A stretch of DNA of 6,482 bases from Bdellovibrionota bacterium FG-2. GTDB lineage: Bacteria; Bdellovibrionota; UBA1018. The translations under genes were made by a program, and so were the position numbers. Positions 5,271 to 6,482 of this stretch are shown in pieces (within the stretch, counting starts at the first letter, position 1; every line of letters starts with the position of its first letter). Location of the stretch: NCBI GenBank assembly GCA_051382305.1, contig JBBCAV010000116.1, positions 1 to 6,482 of the forward strand. The letters are read 5' to 3'. The notes beneath the pieces are model-generated. The model did no database searches. It was not told the DNA's origin and saw only the letters and a program-made list of their open reading frames with translations.

Positions 5271-6143
5271 CTACTTCCCCCCTTGGCTTGCTATCGTTTG
5301 AAATATACTTGAAACACTTTGATATCCAGGTATTCGGTAGACGGTTTTGTTCGTAAGATCGCCGACAAGAAGCAAGGGTACATTCTGAATGCTCTTTTCT
5401 CGAAGTTCATCGGGGGTTGCTCGAACAGCAGGAATTGAAAGCCCCTCAAGCCCTCGTGGATCATTATCGACTTGCCTTGCCTCCACCATAAAGCCACGCT
5501 CCTGGAGCTCCGTGAGCGTTCCAAACATCTTTTTGCAGTGGGGACAGTGGGAATCGAAGTACATGCGAAACCTAAAGCGCTTTGCGTCGGGCTCAGCTTT
5601 GGGTAGGGCATTAGCCTTGGCTTGAAGATAACTTCGCCCTGTGTTTTCAAGTTGTCCTCCGAGTTGCCCGCTGGGCGGCCCTCCAAGATTCCCCGGGAGT
5701 TTAGCCCCCGGATATTTTTCAATGTACTCTTTCATTCGGGCCTGAAGTCTATCGGATAGTTGATTCTTTTTGTCGTTGTAGGCGAACCAGAGTTTCAAAT
5801 TCTCATCCGTGGGGTTGCGAACAATTTCCATGAAGGCCTCGGGCGGTGTGTAATCGCCTTCTTTGAAGAATTCCTTATTCTTTGGGTCAAGGTACTGATT
5901 CCAATTGAAAGTCCCCGGTTCTTTGGTACCGCCACTGGCATCAATACCCCCGTTCGTTGATGTTTGGCGTTCGATTGTCACAGGAACTTGCGGTGAAGCT
6001 TTAACCTGCGTTTTAATCTTTCGCTGCGACTCGTTCCAAAAATCGATTTTCTCGTTGAAAAATTGGAAATCGTCAGCGCGAGCGACCAAAATTGATGCAA
6101 CATAAAGAATGGCAAGTATAGGGGCTAAAATGTGCAGTTTTAC
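5271..6143 (-). CDS. traF: TraF-like periplasmic thioredoxin-fold protein (F-type conjugative pilus assembly family); start codon uncertain
   Basis: Signal-peptide-like VKLHILAPILAILYVASILVARA|DD. 'IVRNPTDENLKLWFAY' (5799-5816) resembles the TraF NPTxEN motif. Thioredoxin fold 'FRMYFDSHCPHCKKM' (CPHC at 5535-5546), cis-Pro loop 'IQNVPLLL' and terminal 'GYQS'. The 80 aa annotated upstream (TTG 6383) look like a shadow of the overlapping 103-aa gene. Confidence 0.6.
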   Translation of the reverse strand, partial: VKLHILAPILAILYVASILVARADDFQFFNEKIDFWNESQRKIKTQVKASPQVPVTIERQTSTNGGIDASGGTKEPGTFNWNQYLDPKNKEFFKEGDYTPPEAFMEIVRNPTDENLKLWFAYNDKKNQLSDRLQARMKEYIEKYPGAKLPGNLGGPPSGQLGGQLENTGRSYLQAKANALPKAEPDAKRFRFRMYFDSHCPHCKKMFGTLTELQERGFMVEARQVDNDPRGLEGLSIPAVRATPDELREKSIQNVPLLLVGDLTNKTVYRIPGYQSVSSIFQTIASQGGK

Positions 6144-6451
6144 GTAGGGGGTTGAGAATGCGTAGCTGGTTCTATTGCTATTGAAGTCTGCTTCAACTGA
6201 GGTACCGAAGCTTCCGTGTCTTTGGTGAGGCTTCGGCTCATTCTGGACATTTCCCGGAAGTCTTCGGTTGTGATGTCGATTTGTTCGATTAGCAACACTG
6301 TTGCGTTGATGAGCTTCGCGATCTGTTCCGTTAGCTCGTCTAGTGGCGGCCGGATTTGTCCTATTACATCTGTGAGTATCCAATACTGCATTATCGTTCG
6401 CTGAAGATTTGCATTTTGGGCCAGTCGTTTCGCAAATTCTATTTTTGACAT
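6140..6451 (-). CDS. Hypothetical alpha-helical protein (103 aa)
   Basis: SD AAGAAGGA a few nt before ATG 6451. Amphipathic heptad-like pattern (LDELTEQIAKLINATVLLIEQIDITTEDF). The stop abuts the TraF-like signal peptide. Confidence 0.65.
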   Translation of the reverse strand: MSKIEFAKRLAQNANLQRTIMQYWILTDVIGQIRPPLDELTEQIAKLINATVLLIEQIDITTEDFREMSRMSRSLTKDTEASVPQLKQTSIAIEPATHSQPPT

Positions 6452-6482
6452 ATGGTTCCTTCTTTTGTTGGAGTGATAAATC

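Noticed and set aside
5640..5715. Gly/Pro-rich stretch PGAKLPGNLGGPPSGQLGGQLE in the TraF-like protein
   Set aside because: It is a short low-complexity interdomain linker with a GQL duplication, with no evidence of separate function.
6144..6383. 80-aa N-terminal extension of the 370-aa ORF from TTG 6383
   Set aside because: The R/N/H/T-rich composition is typical of an off-frame shadow, there is no SD, and it overlaps a better-supported 103-aa gene. It is kept only as an alternative in the findings.
40..6404. Remaining short overlapping ORFs in the track (for example 40..237, 841..1065, 1682..2101, 4924..5301, 5291..5722, 6216..6404)
   Set aside because: They lie antisense or off-frame within better-supported genes and have no recognisable motifs.

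Overview
This looks like an accessory region from a Bdellovibrionota/Oligoflexia-type bacterium. The taxon is inferred only from the gene families present. Two gene blocks converge at about 3510-3570. The plus-strand block has four genes: a 5'-truncated TIGR02147/DUF4423 putative regulator; a 478-aa secreted protein coupled to it by an ATGA overlap, with a Gly-rich N-terminus, an HE-motif helix and ankyrin-like segments; a small exported protein; and a secreted protein made of five tandem C-C-CC-C-C (knottin/conotoxin framework VI/VII-like) modules. That last gene has a near-consensus sigma54 (-24/-12) promoter and upstream palindromes. The minus-strand block has five genes: a 103-aa helical hypothetical protein; a TraF-like periplasmic thioredoxin-fold protein (CPHC) with no canonical start codon next to its signal peptide; a stand-alone ParB/Srx-domain protein; an NTF2/SnoaL-like protein; and a minimal nucleotidyltransferase fused to a Cys4 cluster and a zf-trcl-like zinc ribbon. 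The TraF-like gene suggests the edge of an F-type conjugative element. I saw no RNA genes, CRISPR arrays or transposases. All family calls come from reading motifs by eye, not from database searches.
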